Assembly (NCBI GenBank): GCA_910587715.1
Contig: CAJUMV010000001.1
Location: forward strand, 102,729 to 166,728
Length of the DNA: 64,000 bases
Direction: 5' to 3'
Source of the DNA: an uncultured Lachnospiraceae bacterium
GTDB lineage: Bacteria > Bacillota > Clostridia > Lachnospirales > Lachnospiraceae
The stretch's first letter is position 1, and each line of letters opens with the position of its first letter. The notes beneath the pieces are model-generated. The model had not been told where the DNA came from. It saw only the letters and a list, made by a program, of their open reading frames with translations, and did not search any database. The translations under genes and the position numbers were made by a program. Shown here piece after piece: positions 44,523 through 54,720 of the stretch.

Positions 44523-46166
44523 ATGCGCATGGCTGAAAACAGGAAACGAAGCCAATTGGATACAAGGCAGAAGAATCGGTTGTTTTATGGTTCTCTGGTC
44601 TTGCTTGCTCTTTTTGTTTTTATGTTTGTCGGTTCGAGAGAGCCGGTTTTGTTTGACGACAGCGATTCCTATATGCTGCTGCAGCGTGCGGAGGGTGTCA
44701 TGCCGCTTTATCCGCTTTTTTTGTTTTTGAATCAGTATTTGTTTGGTCTGGAGAGATATTTGGATTTTGTGATTGTAGAGCAGGCGGTTTTTGCGGCAGT
44801 CTGTACAATCCTGTTTGTGAGGGTAATCATAAATAAATATTCTATGCGGTATTGGGAAGGATATTTTCTCTTTTTGCTGACACTGATTCCTTTTACGGTG
44901 GAATTACCGCAGGCGATGATGACACAGACAATCCTTACGGAAGGGCTGGCGTATGCGGCGTTTTATCTGCTAATGCTGTTCTTTCTTCGTGCAGTCTGGG
45001 AGAAGCGCATCAGGTGGGTAGTGGTTTCCTATGTGGTCGTATTTTTGCTGACGATGCTGCGCTCCCAGCTTCAAATTTTATTTGGCGTATGTGGTATCGT
45101 ATTTTTGTATGTGATGTGGAGAGGGGGAAATACGAAGAAAAAACGTCTGGTAAGATTTATGGCTGGACTTGCGGGATGTGTCCTGCTCAGCCTTTTCGGT
45201 ATCTGGATCAGCGCCCGGACGTTGGCAGGGTACAATGATATGATTAGAAATAACCTGCGGTTCAACGCGTTTGCCATGAAAGTGCAGGATCCGGAATATT
45301 ATGATAAGCTGAGTACGGATGAGAATGGAGCAACGAGGGAAGGCGAGACATTAGAGGAAGCGATACGGAAGGATCAGGAAGAGGAGACAACAGCCAGAAG
45401 ACCTGTTGTGACAAGCCAGTTCACGTCGCTTATTTTGTCCAGAGGAATGTATGAAGCGGACGCGGAGGATAGATGGCTTTTTGAGGATGAGATGGTTCGC
45501 GGTCTGTATGAGACTCTCTATGAGGCGGTAGATCAGGAACAGCAGAGATACAGCTATGAGCAAAAAGGACTCTGGATGTGGAAAGATATTGTCGGCGGTA
45601 TCGGGCAGGCGGGCAAGACCTGCCTGTATGCGGGGGTACCGTATTATCAGGAGAATTATCCGGAAATTTATGGAGGCGATGAATTTAACGAAGTCTGGAA
45701 CCGCAGTCTGCAGACAATCGGGATCAAGCTGCTGCAGGCGCATTTCGCGCGTTTCCTTTATCATACGCTGATGTTGCTGCCACAGGCATTTATCTGTACC
45801 GTCTTTTTCCAGATTGCGCCGATTTATCTTCTGTGTCATCTGGTGACGCTTTTCCTTTATTTATCAGCGGCGGCGTTGATGATATGGGGTTATATGGACA
45901 GGAAGGTTTCAGAAAGCAGCGCGGAGTTCATGGCTCTTATTCTGGGGACGAACCTGGTACTTGTGATTGTCATATCTCTTGTGTTTTTCGGGCAGCAGCG
46001 GTATCTGATATATGCCTTTGGCATGTTCTATATCGCCTATTATGTACTTCTGCGGAAACTGTGGAATCTTTATCTTCGCGGCAAAATACGGCAAGTGTGG
46101 GAAGGGATCCGAAAAGATAATGGTGCGCAGCGGGGAAAGGTAAAAGCGGGAAAGGGCAGTAGATAA
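44523..46166 (+). CDS. Polytopic membrane protein, GT-C-like (putative extracytoplasmic glycosyltransferase)
   Basis: 547 aa with about 11-13 TM helices. The first-loop acidic motif is EPVLFDDSDSY and there is a large central soluble loop. It lies immediately upstream of a GtrB-like GT2. Confidence 0.4.
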   Translation: MRMAENRKRSQLDTRQKNRLFYGSLVLLALFVFMFVGSREPVLFDDSDSYMLLQRAEGVMPLYPLFLFLNQYLFGLERYLDFVIVEQAVFAAVCTILFVRVIINKYSMRYWEGYFLFLLTLIPFTVELPQAMMTQTILTEGLAYAAFYLLMLFFLRAVWEKRIRWVVVSYVVVFLLTMLRSQLQILFGVCGIVFLYVMWRGGNTKKKRLVRFMAGLAGCVLLSLFGIWISARTLAGYNDMIRNNLRFNAFAMKVQDPEYYDKLSTDENGATREGETLEEAIRKDQEEETTARRPVVTSQFTSLILSRGMYEADAEDRWLFEDEMVRGLYETLYEAVDQEQQRYSYEQKGLWMWKDIVGGIGQAGKTCLYAGVPYYQENYPEIYGGDEFNEVWNRSLQTIGIKLLQAHFARFLYHTLMLLPQAFICTVFFQIAPIYLLCHLVTLFLYLSAAALMIWGYMDRKVSESSAEFMALILGTNLVLVIVISLVFFGQQRYLIYAFGMFYIAYYVLLRKLWNLYLRGKIRQVWEGIRKDNGAQRGKVKAGKGSR

Positions 46167-46176
46167 GGAAATAAGG

Positions 46177-46926
46177 TTGAAAACGGACATGAGACGAGAG
46201 GAAAATAATAAAGTTTTAGTTATTATACCGGCGTTTAACGAGGCGGAGAACATCGTGCATGTGGTAAGGCACATGATGGAGGAGGCGCCGCAGTATGATT
46301 ATCTGGTGATCAATGACGGCTCCACAGACAATACGCCTGATCTCTGCAGGGAGGAGGGGTTTCATTATCTGGATCTCCCTATCAATATGGGGATTGGCGG
46401 CGCAGTGCAGGCGGGATATATTTATGCGAGAAAGAACAATTACGATATCGCCGTGCAGATGGACGGGGACGGGCAGCATGATATCGCCTATCTGGATAAG
46501 CTGTTAGAGCCAATTATATGTGGCGAGGCAGATATTGCCATCGGCTCCCGTTTTCTGGAAAAAGAAGGCTTTCAGTCCTCGGCGACCCGCAGGATGGGAA
46601 TTAATATTCTGAGCGGACTAATTTGGCTGGTGACCGGAAAAAGGGTTATGGACGTGACCAGCGGGTACCGTGCGGTGAACAGGATGTTTATTGAGATATA
46701 CAGCAAGGACTTTCCGATGGATTATTCGGAGCCGGAGGCAATAGTCTCGGCGGTCATGCATAGGGGCAGGATTAAGGAGATTCCGGTGCAGATGCGTGCC
46801 AGAGAGGGCGGCGTCAGCTCCATTACCTTTAAGAAATCTATTTACTATATGATCAAAGTGTCGTTGGCGATATTAATCTGCAGAATGGGTTATGGGGTGC
46901 GAAGGGTCAAAAGGGAAAACGGATAG
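46177..46926 (+). CDS. GT2 polyprenyl-phosphate glycosyltransferase (GtrB/CsbB/DPM1-like)
   Basis: VLVIIPAFNEAENIVHVVRHM...YLVINDGSTDNT and QMDGDGQHD motifs. Its short length and lack of a TM domain are typical of Und-P-sugar synthases paired with DUF2304. An alternative start ATG lies at 46189. Confidence 0.7.
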   Translation: MKTDMRREENNKVLVIIPAFNEAENIVHVVRHMMEEAPQYDYLVINDGSTDNTPDLCREEGFHYLDLPINMGIGGAVQAGYIYARKNNYDIAVQMDGDGQHDIAYLDKLLEPIICGEADIAIGSRFLEKEGFQSSATRRMGINILSGLIWLVTGKRVMDVTSGYRAVNRMFIEIYSKDFPMDYSEPEAIVSAVMHRGRIKEIPVQMRAREGGVSSITFKKSIYYMIKVSLAILICRMGYGVRRVKRENG

Positions 46927-46949
46927 GAGCCGGAAGGGGGCGGATATTT

Positions 46950-47312
46950 ATGATACCTGCTACACTCAGAGTGACGCTGATTGTTGCGGTGGTCTGCTAT
47001 TTTATTATTATTCTGTATTTTCTGAAAAATAAGGCGTTGAATTTAAAATATACGCTGTTATGGCTGGTAGCCGGTCTGGTTATGGGCATTTTGGTTGCCG
47101 TGCCGGAACTTTTAGTGAAAATTATCCGTATATTCGGTATACAGGATAATATGAACGGTCTGTTTATCTTTGCTATCGGGTTTATGATTATGATCCTGCT
47201 TTCCCTGACGTCGATTGCATCGAGACAGAACCAGAAGATCAGGACACTGACGCAGGAGCTGGCAATTTTAGAGAAGCGGGTGCGCGATCTGGAGAAGAAA
47301 GATGCGGACTGA
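46950..47312 (+). CDS. Small membrane protein, DUF2304-like
   Basis: 120 aa with 3-4 TM helices and a C-terminal amphipathic tail LTQELAILEKRVRDLEKK. The GT2+DUF2304 gene pair is a recurrent arrangement. Confidence 0.55.
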   Translation: MIPATLRVTLIVAVVCYFIIILYFLKNKALNLKYTLLWLVAGLVMGILVAVPELLVKIIRIFGIQDNMNGLFIFAIGFMIMILLSLTSIASRQNQKIRTLTQELAILEKRVRDLEKKDAD

Positions 47313-49257
47313 CAGGTATGGATTCCGGCAAGGGATAATGGGGCGTGATATGGGATACAGAACGAAACGGCGCGGGATACTTGTTTTTTTGGCTGTTTTT
47401 TTGATGTTGATCGTGGTATTTATGCAGAAGCGGGAATACAGCCAAATACAGAAAGACGGCGCTTATATAGAAAATCTCTGCTTTGTCCTGAGTAATTCCG
47501 CATCGGAACAGGAAATATTTTGTTTTACGGATAAGGCAGCACAGGTAAATTATTTGTTTCTCCCGTCCTATGCGAAGATGGAGGAAGTGCGGATTTCCTT
47601 TGCGGGGGCCACAACCGTGGTCTTTGCGGGGACGCAGGGGGAGGTTTCGCTGGTAAACGGCGAGTCTGTCGGGGCGCTTTGCTGCGGCGAAAAATACGAA
47701 CTGTTTTTTTGTGGCAAAAAAGGAGAAAAGCTGGAAAAACAAGAAATGGTTATTATGCATTCCGCCGGGCTGCCGGCTGTTTTTCTGGAAACGGACAGCG
47801 GTTCCCTGAATCAGTTAAACGCAGATAAAAATTATGCGGAAAAGGGAAGGATTGTCCTGTTTGACGCAGCGGGAAACGTAGTGTGTGCGGATAAGCTGGA
47901 CCGCATTTCCGGGCGGGGAAATTCCACCTGGGCTTACCCGAAGAAGTCCTACGGTATCCGGTTGAAAAGCAGGGCGGATCTCTTTGATATGGGAAGCGCC
48001 GATAAATGGATTCTTTTGAGCAATGTGGAAGACCGCACTTATATCCGCAATAAGATTACCTACGATATGGGCGTGGCGGCGGGAATGACGGGATCGCCGC
48101 AGTCGCAGTATATCGATCTCTATGTCAATCACAGATATCACGGCATGTACCAGCTCTGCGAGAAGGTGGAGATTGACCCGGAGAGGGTGCCGATAACCGA
48201 TTTAGAGGCGGAGAACGAAAATCTGAACAGGGATATAGAAAACTGCGGGCGCTTCGGGACGGAGAGAAAAAAGGGTGTGGTGCTTCCTGCCGAGCCGCGT
48301 GACCTGACAGGGGGATATCTCCTTGAGAGGGATGTGGTTGAGAAATTCAACGAGGAGGTCAGCGGGTTTTATACGGAAACGCTGAAAGACTTGTATACGA
48401 TTAAAGAGCCTGCATATGCTTCGGAAGCGCAGGTGGATTATATCAGTGGGCTTGTGAATGCATTGGAGCTGGCTGTGGTTTCGGAGGATGGCGTGAATCC
48501 GGAAAGCGGGATGCACTACTCGGAGTACATAGATATGCGCTCTTTTGCACAAAAATATATTGTGGAGGAGCTGACGAAAAACAATGGCGGCGGCGCGACC
48601 AGTTCTTTTTTCTATAAACCGGAAGATGAGGTCAGCCGGGAACTCTTCGCCGGACCGGTTTGGGATTATGATAAGGCATATGCCAACCTGACGGGTATTA
48701 ACGAATCAACGGATGACCTGTGCTATCTGATGCAGCGGGGCACGGATCCTACAACGCTCTTTTGGCATCTCAATGAGCACCCGGATTTTCGCCGGATGGT
48801 TTCCTCGTGTTATGGGGAATTTTTTGCCGATTATATGCAGACGATTCAGGAGGAAAAGATTGAAGAATATATAGCGGAAATCAATGCCGCCAAAGACATG
48901 GATTTAATCAGGTGGAAAGAAATTTACGGGGAATCAGTGGATTATGAGGGTGAGGTACAGAGGATTCGGGATTTCCTGTCTGCGCGCAAGCTGTTTTTGG
49001 ACAAGGTATGGAAAGAGCAGCGGGAGATATGTACGGTAAGTTTCGTTTCGGAAGACGGCGGAATCCACAATTATATGAGTGTGTTAAAAGGCGATTGCCT
49101 TGAGCGGATGCCGGGAGAGGAATCCGGAACGGTAAGCGGGGACAGAGTATTCGACGGCTGGTATACGGAGGGCGGTATGTTGTTTGATGGGACGGCGCCT
49201 GTTTTGGAGGATGTTGTAGTATATGAAAGGAGCCATGATGCTTCATATTGCAGTTGA
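47302..49257 (+). CDS. CotH kinase-family protein, N-terminally membrane-anchored (paralog 2)
   Basis: TKRRGILVFLAVFLMLIVVF is the anchor. RISGRGNSTWAYPKKSYGIRL, DKWILLSNVEDRT and YIDLYVNHRYHGMYQLCE are CotH motifs. Confidence 0.75.
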   Translation: MRTDRYGFRQGIMGRDMGYRTKRRGILVFLAVFLMLIVVFMQKREYSQIQKDGAYIENLCFVLSNSASEQEIFCFTDKAAQVNYLFLPSYAKMEEVRISFAGATTVVFAGTQGEVSLVNGESVGALCCGEKYELFFCGKKGEKLEKQEMVIMHSAGLPAVFLETDSGSLNQLNADKNYAEKGRIVLFDAAGNVVCADKLDRISGRGNSTWAYPKKSYGIRLKSRADLFDMGSADKWILLSNVEDRTYIRNKITYDMGVAAGMTGSPQSQYIDLYVNHRYHGMYQLCEKVEIDPERVPITDLEAENENLNRDIENCGRFGTERKKGVVLPAEPRDLTGGYLLERDVVEKFNEEVSGFYTETLKDLYTIKEPAYASEAQVDYISGLVNALELAVVSEDGVNPESGMHYSEYIDMRSFAQKYIVEELTKNNGGGATSSFFYKPEDEVSRELFAGPVWDYDKAYANLTGINESTDDLCYLMQRGTDPTTLFWHLNEHPDFRRMVSSCYGEFFADYMQTIQEEKIEEYIAEINAAKDMDLIRWKEIYGESVDYEGEVQRIRDFLSARKLFLDKVWKEQREICTVSFVSEDGGIHNYMSVLKGDCLERMPGEESGTVSGDRVFDGWYTEGGMLFDGTAPVLEDVVVYERSHDASYCS

Positions 49258-50353
49258 TTTATTGTGGCTCCGCCCCAAAAAGGTGGGGGGCACCGAATTT
49301 TATATCAGAAATCTGTTGGACGGTTTTCTGCAGCTTGAGGAGCCTTTCCGTCTCTGGTTGTTGGTATCAAAGGATAATAAGGAAACTTTCCGCCACTATA
49401 CGCAGGATAAACGGATTGAACTTCTGGAGACGGAGGTGGTTTCCGCCAATATAGCGGGGCGGATTTTGTGGAATTTTTTCTGCCAAAACCGTTTCCTCAG
49501 GAAAAAAGGAATCCGCAAGTGTTTTATTCCGGTGTACTGCCGTCCGCTGTTTAACGGCGGTATTACTTATGTCAATGTGATTCATGATCTGCAGGCGGCG
49601 CATTATCCGGAGTACCATCCGTTTCACGAAATTGCTTATTCCCGACTATGTTGGTGGCTGGATGCGCATTTTTCCAGGCATTTGGTGGCGATATCCGACT
49701 GGGTGAGGAACGATGTCAGAGAAAAATATCATGTGAAGAGCGGGAAGATTACAACCATCTACAATCCGATTACGGTAGACAAAGAGGAGCTTGTTTCTTT
49801 TGAGCAGCTTGCGGAAAAATATCATGTGGCGGAAAACGAATTTTATTATACGGTGGCGCAGCTCATTCCCCATAAGAATCTGCATACACTGATTGCCGTG
49901 ATGGAACGGATTAAAAATACAGATGTAGGGCTGCCGTGCAGACTGCTGATTTCCGGAGTGAACGGGGAGAGCAGGGATAAATTGGAAAGCCAGATTCGAA
50001 AGCGGGGTCTGGAGCGGGAAGTGACGCTTACGGGGTTTGTGGAAAATGCCGAGAGGAACGCACTGTACAAGTATTGCCGCGCCTTTCTTTTTTCCAGCGT
50101 ATTTGAAGGCTTTGGGATGCCGCCGATTGAGGCAATGCTTTTCGGCACGACGGTGATAGCCACGGACAGGGCATGTGTTCCGGAGGTGACGCAGGGGAAG
50201 GCGAACTATGTGAAAGACCCTTATGATGTGGAGGAATGGATCAGGGTGATGCAAAATCCGGTGGACAGGATAGCGGAGATGGATTTTGCTCAATATGACC
50301 AGATGAAATTAAGCCGGAAATACTTCGAACTTTTACGAAAATATCTGGAATAG
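49238..50353 (+). CDS. Glycosyltransferase family 4
   Basis: FSSVFEGFGMPPIEAMLFGTTVIATDRACVPEV is the E-x7-E region. I prefer ATG 49238, after GAAAGGAG. Confidence 0.75.
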   Translation: MLHIAVDLLWLRPKKVGGTEFYIRNLLDGFLQLEEPFRLWLLVSKDNKETFRHYTQDKRIELLETEVVSANIAGRILWNFFCQNRFLRKKGIRKCFIPVYCRPLFNGGITYVNVIHDLQAAHYPEYHPFHEIAYSRLCWWLDAHFSRHLVAISDWVRNDVREKYHVKSGKITTIYNPITVDKEELVSFEQLAEKYHVAENEFYYTVAQLIPHKNLHTLIAVMERIKNTDVGLPCRLLISGVNGESRDKLESQIRKRGLEREVTLTGFVENAERNALYKYCRAFLFSSVFEGFGMPPIEAMLFGTTVIATDRACVPEVTQGKANYVKDPYDVEEWIRVMQNPVDRIAEMDFAQYDQMKLSRKYFELLRKYLE

Positions 50354-50369
50354 AAAAGGCAGTGCAAAC

Positions 50370-51275
50370 ATGAAACTTGGGATAATACTGGTAAACTATA
50401 ATGGCAAAAATTATAATAAGGCGTGCATTGAATCCATACTTGCGAGCAGCGGCATGGAGGAAGTGAACATCATTGTTGTGGACAATGCTTCGCAAGATGA
50501 GTCCATGCGAATGCTGGAAGAACAGTATGCGGGGGATGGGCGGCTGGAACTTGTCAGGCTGGACGATAACTATGGCTTCTCCTACGCGAACAATGTAGGA
50601 ATCCGCCGTGCCGGGGAGCGGGGGGCGGATAATGTGCTGCTTTTAAATAACGATACGGAGATTGCGTCAGATATGCTGTCTCAGCTATGGGTGTGCGCGA
50701 AAAGACATCCGGGCAGCGTGGTTGTGCCGAAGATTTATTACAGTGACGACAGAAAACGGCTCTGGTCAGCCGGGGGAAGCTTTTCGACCGTGATAAAAAA
50801 GGCACGGCATACCGGGCTTGACGAGAGGGATGAAGGGCAGTATGATGAGGAGCGCGCGGTTGATTTTGCAACGGGATGCTGTCTGTGGATTCCGATGGAG
50901 ATAATCAGGAAGGCGGGGATGCTGGATGAGCGGTTTTTTCTTTACTATGAAGATACCGAGTACAGCTTACGTCTGCATAGGAAAGATATCCCAATTTATT
51001 ACTGTCCGGACGCGGTGATGTACCATAAAGTGGGAGCCAGTACGAAAGGGGCAGACAGTGCGTTGTGTGCCTATTATATCGCCCGCAACTGGCTGTTGTG
51101 CGGCAGGATCCATCTGGGACGGCGCTATCCGCTGTTTCTCGCCTACTATGTATTGAATCGAACAGCCTGCTGTTTACTGTGGCTGGTGCGTGGAAAACGT
51201 GCGCTTATCCGGGCTACCTGGCGGGGAATCGCGGATTATCACAGGGGACGCCTGGGAAGGGCGGAGCGTTATTGA
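50370..51275 (+). CDS. Glycosyltransferase family 2 (rhamnosyltransferase-like subgroup)
   Basis: LGIILVNYNGKNYNKACIESIL...IIVVDNASQDES, LLLNNDTE and FFLYYEDTEYSLR motifs. Confidence 0.75.
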   Translation: MKLGIILVNYNGKNYNKACIESILASSGMEEVNIIVVDNASQDESMRMLEEQYAGDGRLELVRLDDNYGFSYANNVGIRRAGERGADNVLLLNNDTEIASDMLSQLWVCAKRHPGSVVVPKIYYSDDRKRLWSAGGSFSTVIKKARHTGLDERDEGQYDEERAVDFATGCCLWIPMEIIRKAGMLDERFFLYYEDTEYSLRLHRKDIPIYYCPDAVMYHKVGASTKGADSALCAYYIARNWLLCGRIHLGRRYPLFLAYYVLNRTACCLLWLVRGKRALIRATWRGIADYHRGRLGRAERY

Positions 51276-51303
51276 ATCATTTACATTAAATAGGGAGTAT
51301 GCT

Positions 51304-52425
51304 ATGATGAAAAAAGGGTATTATATCCATTTTCAGGGGCGGCAGTCCATCGGTGTCAGCAAGAAGATTGATATGCAGATGGAAGAGCTTCGGAAGTTTT
51401 ACGATATGCGTGAAATAGAGGTTGGGACGCCTTCCCGCCCGCTTGCTGCGCGTGTGCTCGGACTTTTTCCAACAGCCTCTATCAAAAGAGATTACGAGGA
51501 AGCCTTTGCGAAGCTGGAGAACCCTGATTTTCTTTATGTCAGGAGAACCGTTGCGGACAGGGCTTATTTCCATTTTTGGAAGAAGATAAAAGAGCGCTAT
51601 CCGAAATGCCTGATTGTGGTAGAGCTTTTTACTTATCCTTATGACAGGGACGATTTCGGTAAGTGGAATGCGTGGCCTTTTTATGTAAAGGAGCTGCTCT
51701 ATCGCCCCAGACTGAAAAAATATATCGATCGTTTCGTGACTTACACGGAGGATGATGTGATCTTCGGCATCCCCACAATCCACTCCTCCAATGGCATCCG
51801 CGTGGAGAGCATTCCCCAGATTGGGGGAGAGTTTCGGGAGAAACAGATCAATATCATCGGCGTCGCCTTTATGCAGCGGCATCATGGCTACGAGCGTATC
51901 ATAGAGGGACTGCGGGCATACTATAGCGGGGCAGGAACGCCTGAGTGGCGGGTAGAGCTTCATCTGGTGGGAGACGGACCGGAGAAACCGCTTTATCAGG
52001 AATTGACGGAGAAATATCATCTGGAAGAGTATGTGCATTTTTACCCTACGCTCTCAGGGGCGGAGCTGGACAGGCTGTATGATATCTGTGATATTGCGCT
52101 GGTATCTTTTGGTATGTACAAGGCGAAATTTTACGGAAAGATGGGCGCGTTAAAATCCAGAGAGTGTCTGGCGAAGGGAATGCCGTTAATCACCGGCTGC
52201 GCCATTGATGTTCTGCCGGAGGATTACCCTTACGCGAAGGTGTTCCCGAATGACGAAAGCCCGGTGGATACCCGGGAAATCGTGGCGTTTTATGAGCAGG
52301 TCAGATATCTGGCAGACAGCAAGAAAGAGTTGTCAGACGCCATCAGGCAGTTTGCGCTTGCGCATGTCAGCATGGAGGCGGTCATGCGCCCGGTGGTATC
52401 CTATATTGAGTCGGCGGGAGAGTAA
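51304..52425 (+). CDS. GT-B (GT1/GT4-like) glycosyltransferase
   Basis: I set the start at ATG 51304, after AGGGAG. The C-half HLVGDGPEKPLYQELTEKYHLEEYVHFYPTLSGAELDRLY has a GT-B donor-domain layout. Confidence 0.5.
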   Translation: MMKKGYYIHFQGRQSIGVSKKIDMQMEELRKFYDMREIEVGTPSRPLAARVLGLFPTASIKRDYEEAFAKLENPDFLYVRRTVADRAYFHFWKKIKERYPKCLIVVELFTYPYDRDDFGKWNAWPFYVKELLYRPRLKKYIDRFVTYTEDDVIFGIPTIHSSNGIRVESIPQIGGEFREKQINIIGVAFMQRHHGYERIIEGLRAYYSGAGTPEWRVELHLVGDGPEKPLYQELTEKYHLEEYVHFYPTLSGAELDRLYDICDIALVSFGMYKAKFYGKMGALKSRECLAKGMPLITGCAIDVLPEDYPYAKVFPNDESPVDTREIVAFYEQVRYLADSKKELSDAIRQFALAHVSMEAVMRPVVSYIESAGE

Positions 52426-52452
52426 GCGCCACAGTTATGCGGAAAGGACTAT

Positions 52453-53526
52453 ATGATTACACATATTGTAGGTAACAGACCTCAGTTTATCAAGCTGGCT
52501 CCTCTGTACCATGAGCTGGAAAAGGCGGGGTATGAACAGAATATTATTCATAGCGGACAGCATTATGATGAGAATATGTCCGATGTTTTTTTTGAGGAAC
52601 TGGGGATTCCGGCTCCCTGCACCAACCTTCTTGCGGGCGGAGGCAGCCATGCGCAGATGACGGCGAAAGCTATGACAGGTCTGGAGGAGGTTCTTCTGGA
52701 TGGTAAGCCGGATCTCGTAATCCTGTACGGCGATACCAACACGACGCTGGCGGGAGCTGTAGTCGCGGCGAAGCTGTGTATTCCGGCAGCCCATGTGGAA
52801 GCGGGACCGCGGGTGCATGACAAGGCAAATCCGGAAGAATGCAACAGGATTGTGACGGATCATCTGGCGGATATTTTGTTTTGTCCGGACGCTGTTTCTT
52901 TGGAAAATCTGCGAAGGGAAGGTCTGGGACAGGAGGCGCATATTACAGGGGATATCATGTACGACACATATTTGTCCATTGCAAAAAAAGCTTCTGCCGG
53001 ACAGGCGGCGCAGGATGAAATTGTCGTGATGACCTGGCACCGGCAGGAGAACACGGCGGACAGGGAGCGGATGGAGAGCATTCTTCGCCTGGTAGAACGG
53101 CTGGAAAGCAGGGTGGTCTGCCCCCTGCATCCACGTACCAGAAAATGCCTGGAAAATTACGGGCTGATGGAGCGTGCGGCGGCGATTCCCAATTTTGAAA
53201 TCATAGAGCCGGTCGGGTATGTAGAGATGGTGACGCTGATGAACAGGGCGAAGCTTATTCTGACGGATTCCGGCGGCGTTTCCAAGGAATCCTCCTATGC
53301 CGGGGCGAAATGTCTTTTCATGCTGGAGCTTGACGTGTGGGAAGATTTGGCACGGGACGGATGGATTCATAAATTTAACCCGCAGGATGAGGGGAGCGTG
53401 GCGGAAGCGCTTCGTTTCGCGTCTCTGGCAGAGCGTGTGCCGCCGGAGGAAAGACCCCGCTACTATGGGGACGGACATGCGGCGGAAAAGATCGTGCGGG
53501 CGCTGGAAGCGGCGAAGCTGCTCTGA
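52453..53526 (+). CDS. UDP-N-acetylglucosamine 2-epimerase family (WecB/NeuC-like)
   Basis: MITHIVGNRPQFIKLAPLYHEL, HSGQHYDENMSDVFFEELGIP, ILYGDTNTTLAGA and ILTDSGGVSKES motifs. Confidence 0.8.
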   Translation: MITHIVGNRPQFIKLAPLYHELEKAGYEQNIIHSGQHYDENMSDVFFEELGIPAPCTNLLAGGGSHAQMTAKAMTGLEEVLLDGKPDLVILYGDTNTTLAGAVVAAKLCIPAAHVEAGPRVHDKANPEECNRIVTDHLADILFCPDAVSLENLRREGLGQEAHITGDIMYDTYLSIAKKASAGQAAQDEIVVMTWHRQENTADRERMESILRLVERLESRVVCPLHPRTRKCLENYGLMERAAAIPNFEIIEPVGYVEMVTLMNRAKLILTDSGGVSKESSYAGAKCLFMLELDVWEDLARDGWIHKFNPQDEGSVAEALRFASLAERVPPEERPRYYGDGHAAEKIVRALEAAKLL

Positions 53527-53539
53527 CATGGAGGAAATC

Positions 53540-54664
53540 ATGGAATTTCGGGATTTAAAAAGACAATATCAAGTTCATAAACAGGAAATTGATCATGCGG
53601 TGCGGGAGGTTATTGACGGCGCGCATTTTATCAGCGGTCCCCAGGTGACACAGTTGGAAAGGGAACTGGCGGCATATGTCGGAGTAGGAGACTGCATCGC
53701 CTGCGCCAACGGCACGGATGCCCTGCAGCTTGCGCTGATGGCGTGGGAAATCGGAGCGGGGGATGCGGTCTTTGTGCCGGATTTCACCTTTTTTTCCAGC
53801 GGTGAGGTCGTTCCGCTGGTGGGTGCCGTTCCCGTATTTGTGGATATCGATAAGGACACCTATAATATCAGCGCGGACAGTCTGCGGGAAGCCATAGAGT
53901 ATGTGCTCCATCATACGGATTTAAATCCGAGGGCAGTGGTGGCGGTGGACCTGTTTGGACAGCCCGCGGACTATGAGGCGGTGCGACAGGTTGCCGACAA
54001 GTATGGGCTGCTTGTTCTTGAGGATGCGGCGCAGGGTTTTGGCGGCATGACAGAGGAGAAAAAGGCATGCAGCTTCGGGGATATTTCCATTACTTCCTTT
54101 TTCCCGGCAAAGCCGCTCGGATGCTACGGGGATGGCGGCGCTGTTTTCACTGACAATGAGGAATGGGCGCAGAGGTTAAAATCCCTGCATGTGCATGGCA
54201 AGGGAAGCGATAAATATGATAATGTCCGCATTGGATTAAATTCCCGGCTGGACACGCTGCAGGCGGCGGTGCTTTTACAGAAGGTGCGGTTTTTCGAGGA
54301 AGAGATAGCGGCGTGTGAGCGTGTGGCGGCTGAATATGACGAACGCTTGCGGGAAATCGTGAAAACGCCGGTTATTTTGGACGGTATGCGTTCGAGCTGG
54401 GCGCAGTATACCATCTGTTTAAGAGATGCGCAGGAGAGAGAGCATGTGATGGCGCAGATGAAGGCGGACGGCATACCAAGTGCAGTCTATTATAGGAAAC
54501 CGATGCACAGGCAGGAGGCATTTGCAGGGATGCTCTGCGGGGCGGAGCGCTGTGAGAATACGGCGTATATTTGTGACAGATGTCTGTCTTTGCCGATGCA
54601 TCCTTATATGGAAGAGGCGGAGCTCCGGGCGGTGTGTGAGAGCCTGAAGAAAGCTGTGGGATGA
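53540..54664 (+). CDS. DegT/DnrJ/EryC1/StrS-family PLP sugar aminotransferase
   Basis: I set the start at ATG 53540, after GGAGGAAAT. Motifs are ISGPQVTQLERELAAYVG, CANGTDALQLAL and SFFPAKPLGCYGDGGAV (the PLP-Lys region). Confidence 0.85.
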   Translation: MEFRDLKRQYQVHKQEIDHAVREVIDGAHFISGPQVTQLERELAAYVGVGDCIACANGTDALQLALMAWEIGAGDAVFVPDFTFFSSGEVVPLVGAVPVFVDIDKDTYNISADSLREAIEYVLHHTDLNPRAVVAVDLFGQPADYEAVRQVADKYGLLVLEDAAQGFGGMTEEKKACSFGDISITSFFPAKPLGCYGDGGAVFTDNEEWAQRLKSLHVHGKGSDKYDNVRIGLNSRLDTLQAAVLLQKVRFFEEEIAACERVAAEYDERLREIVKTPVILDGMRSSWAQYTICLRDAQEREHVMAQMKADGIPSAVYYRKPMHRQEAFAGMLCGAERCENTAYICDRCLSLPMHPYMEEAELRAVCESLKKAVG

Positions 54665-54720
54665 GGAAGAACGCATTTTGAGGGCAGGAAGCATGCCTGC
54701 CTGACGGCAGAGAAGAGGAT

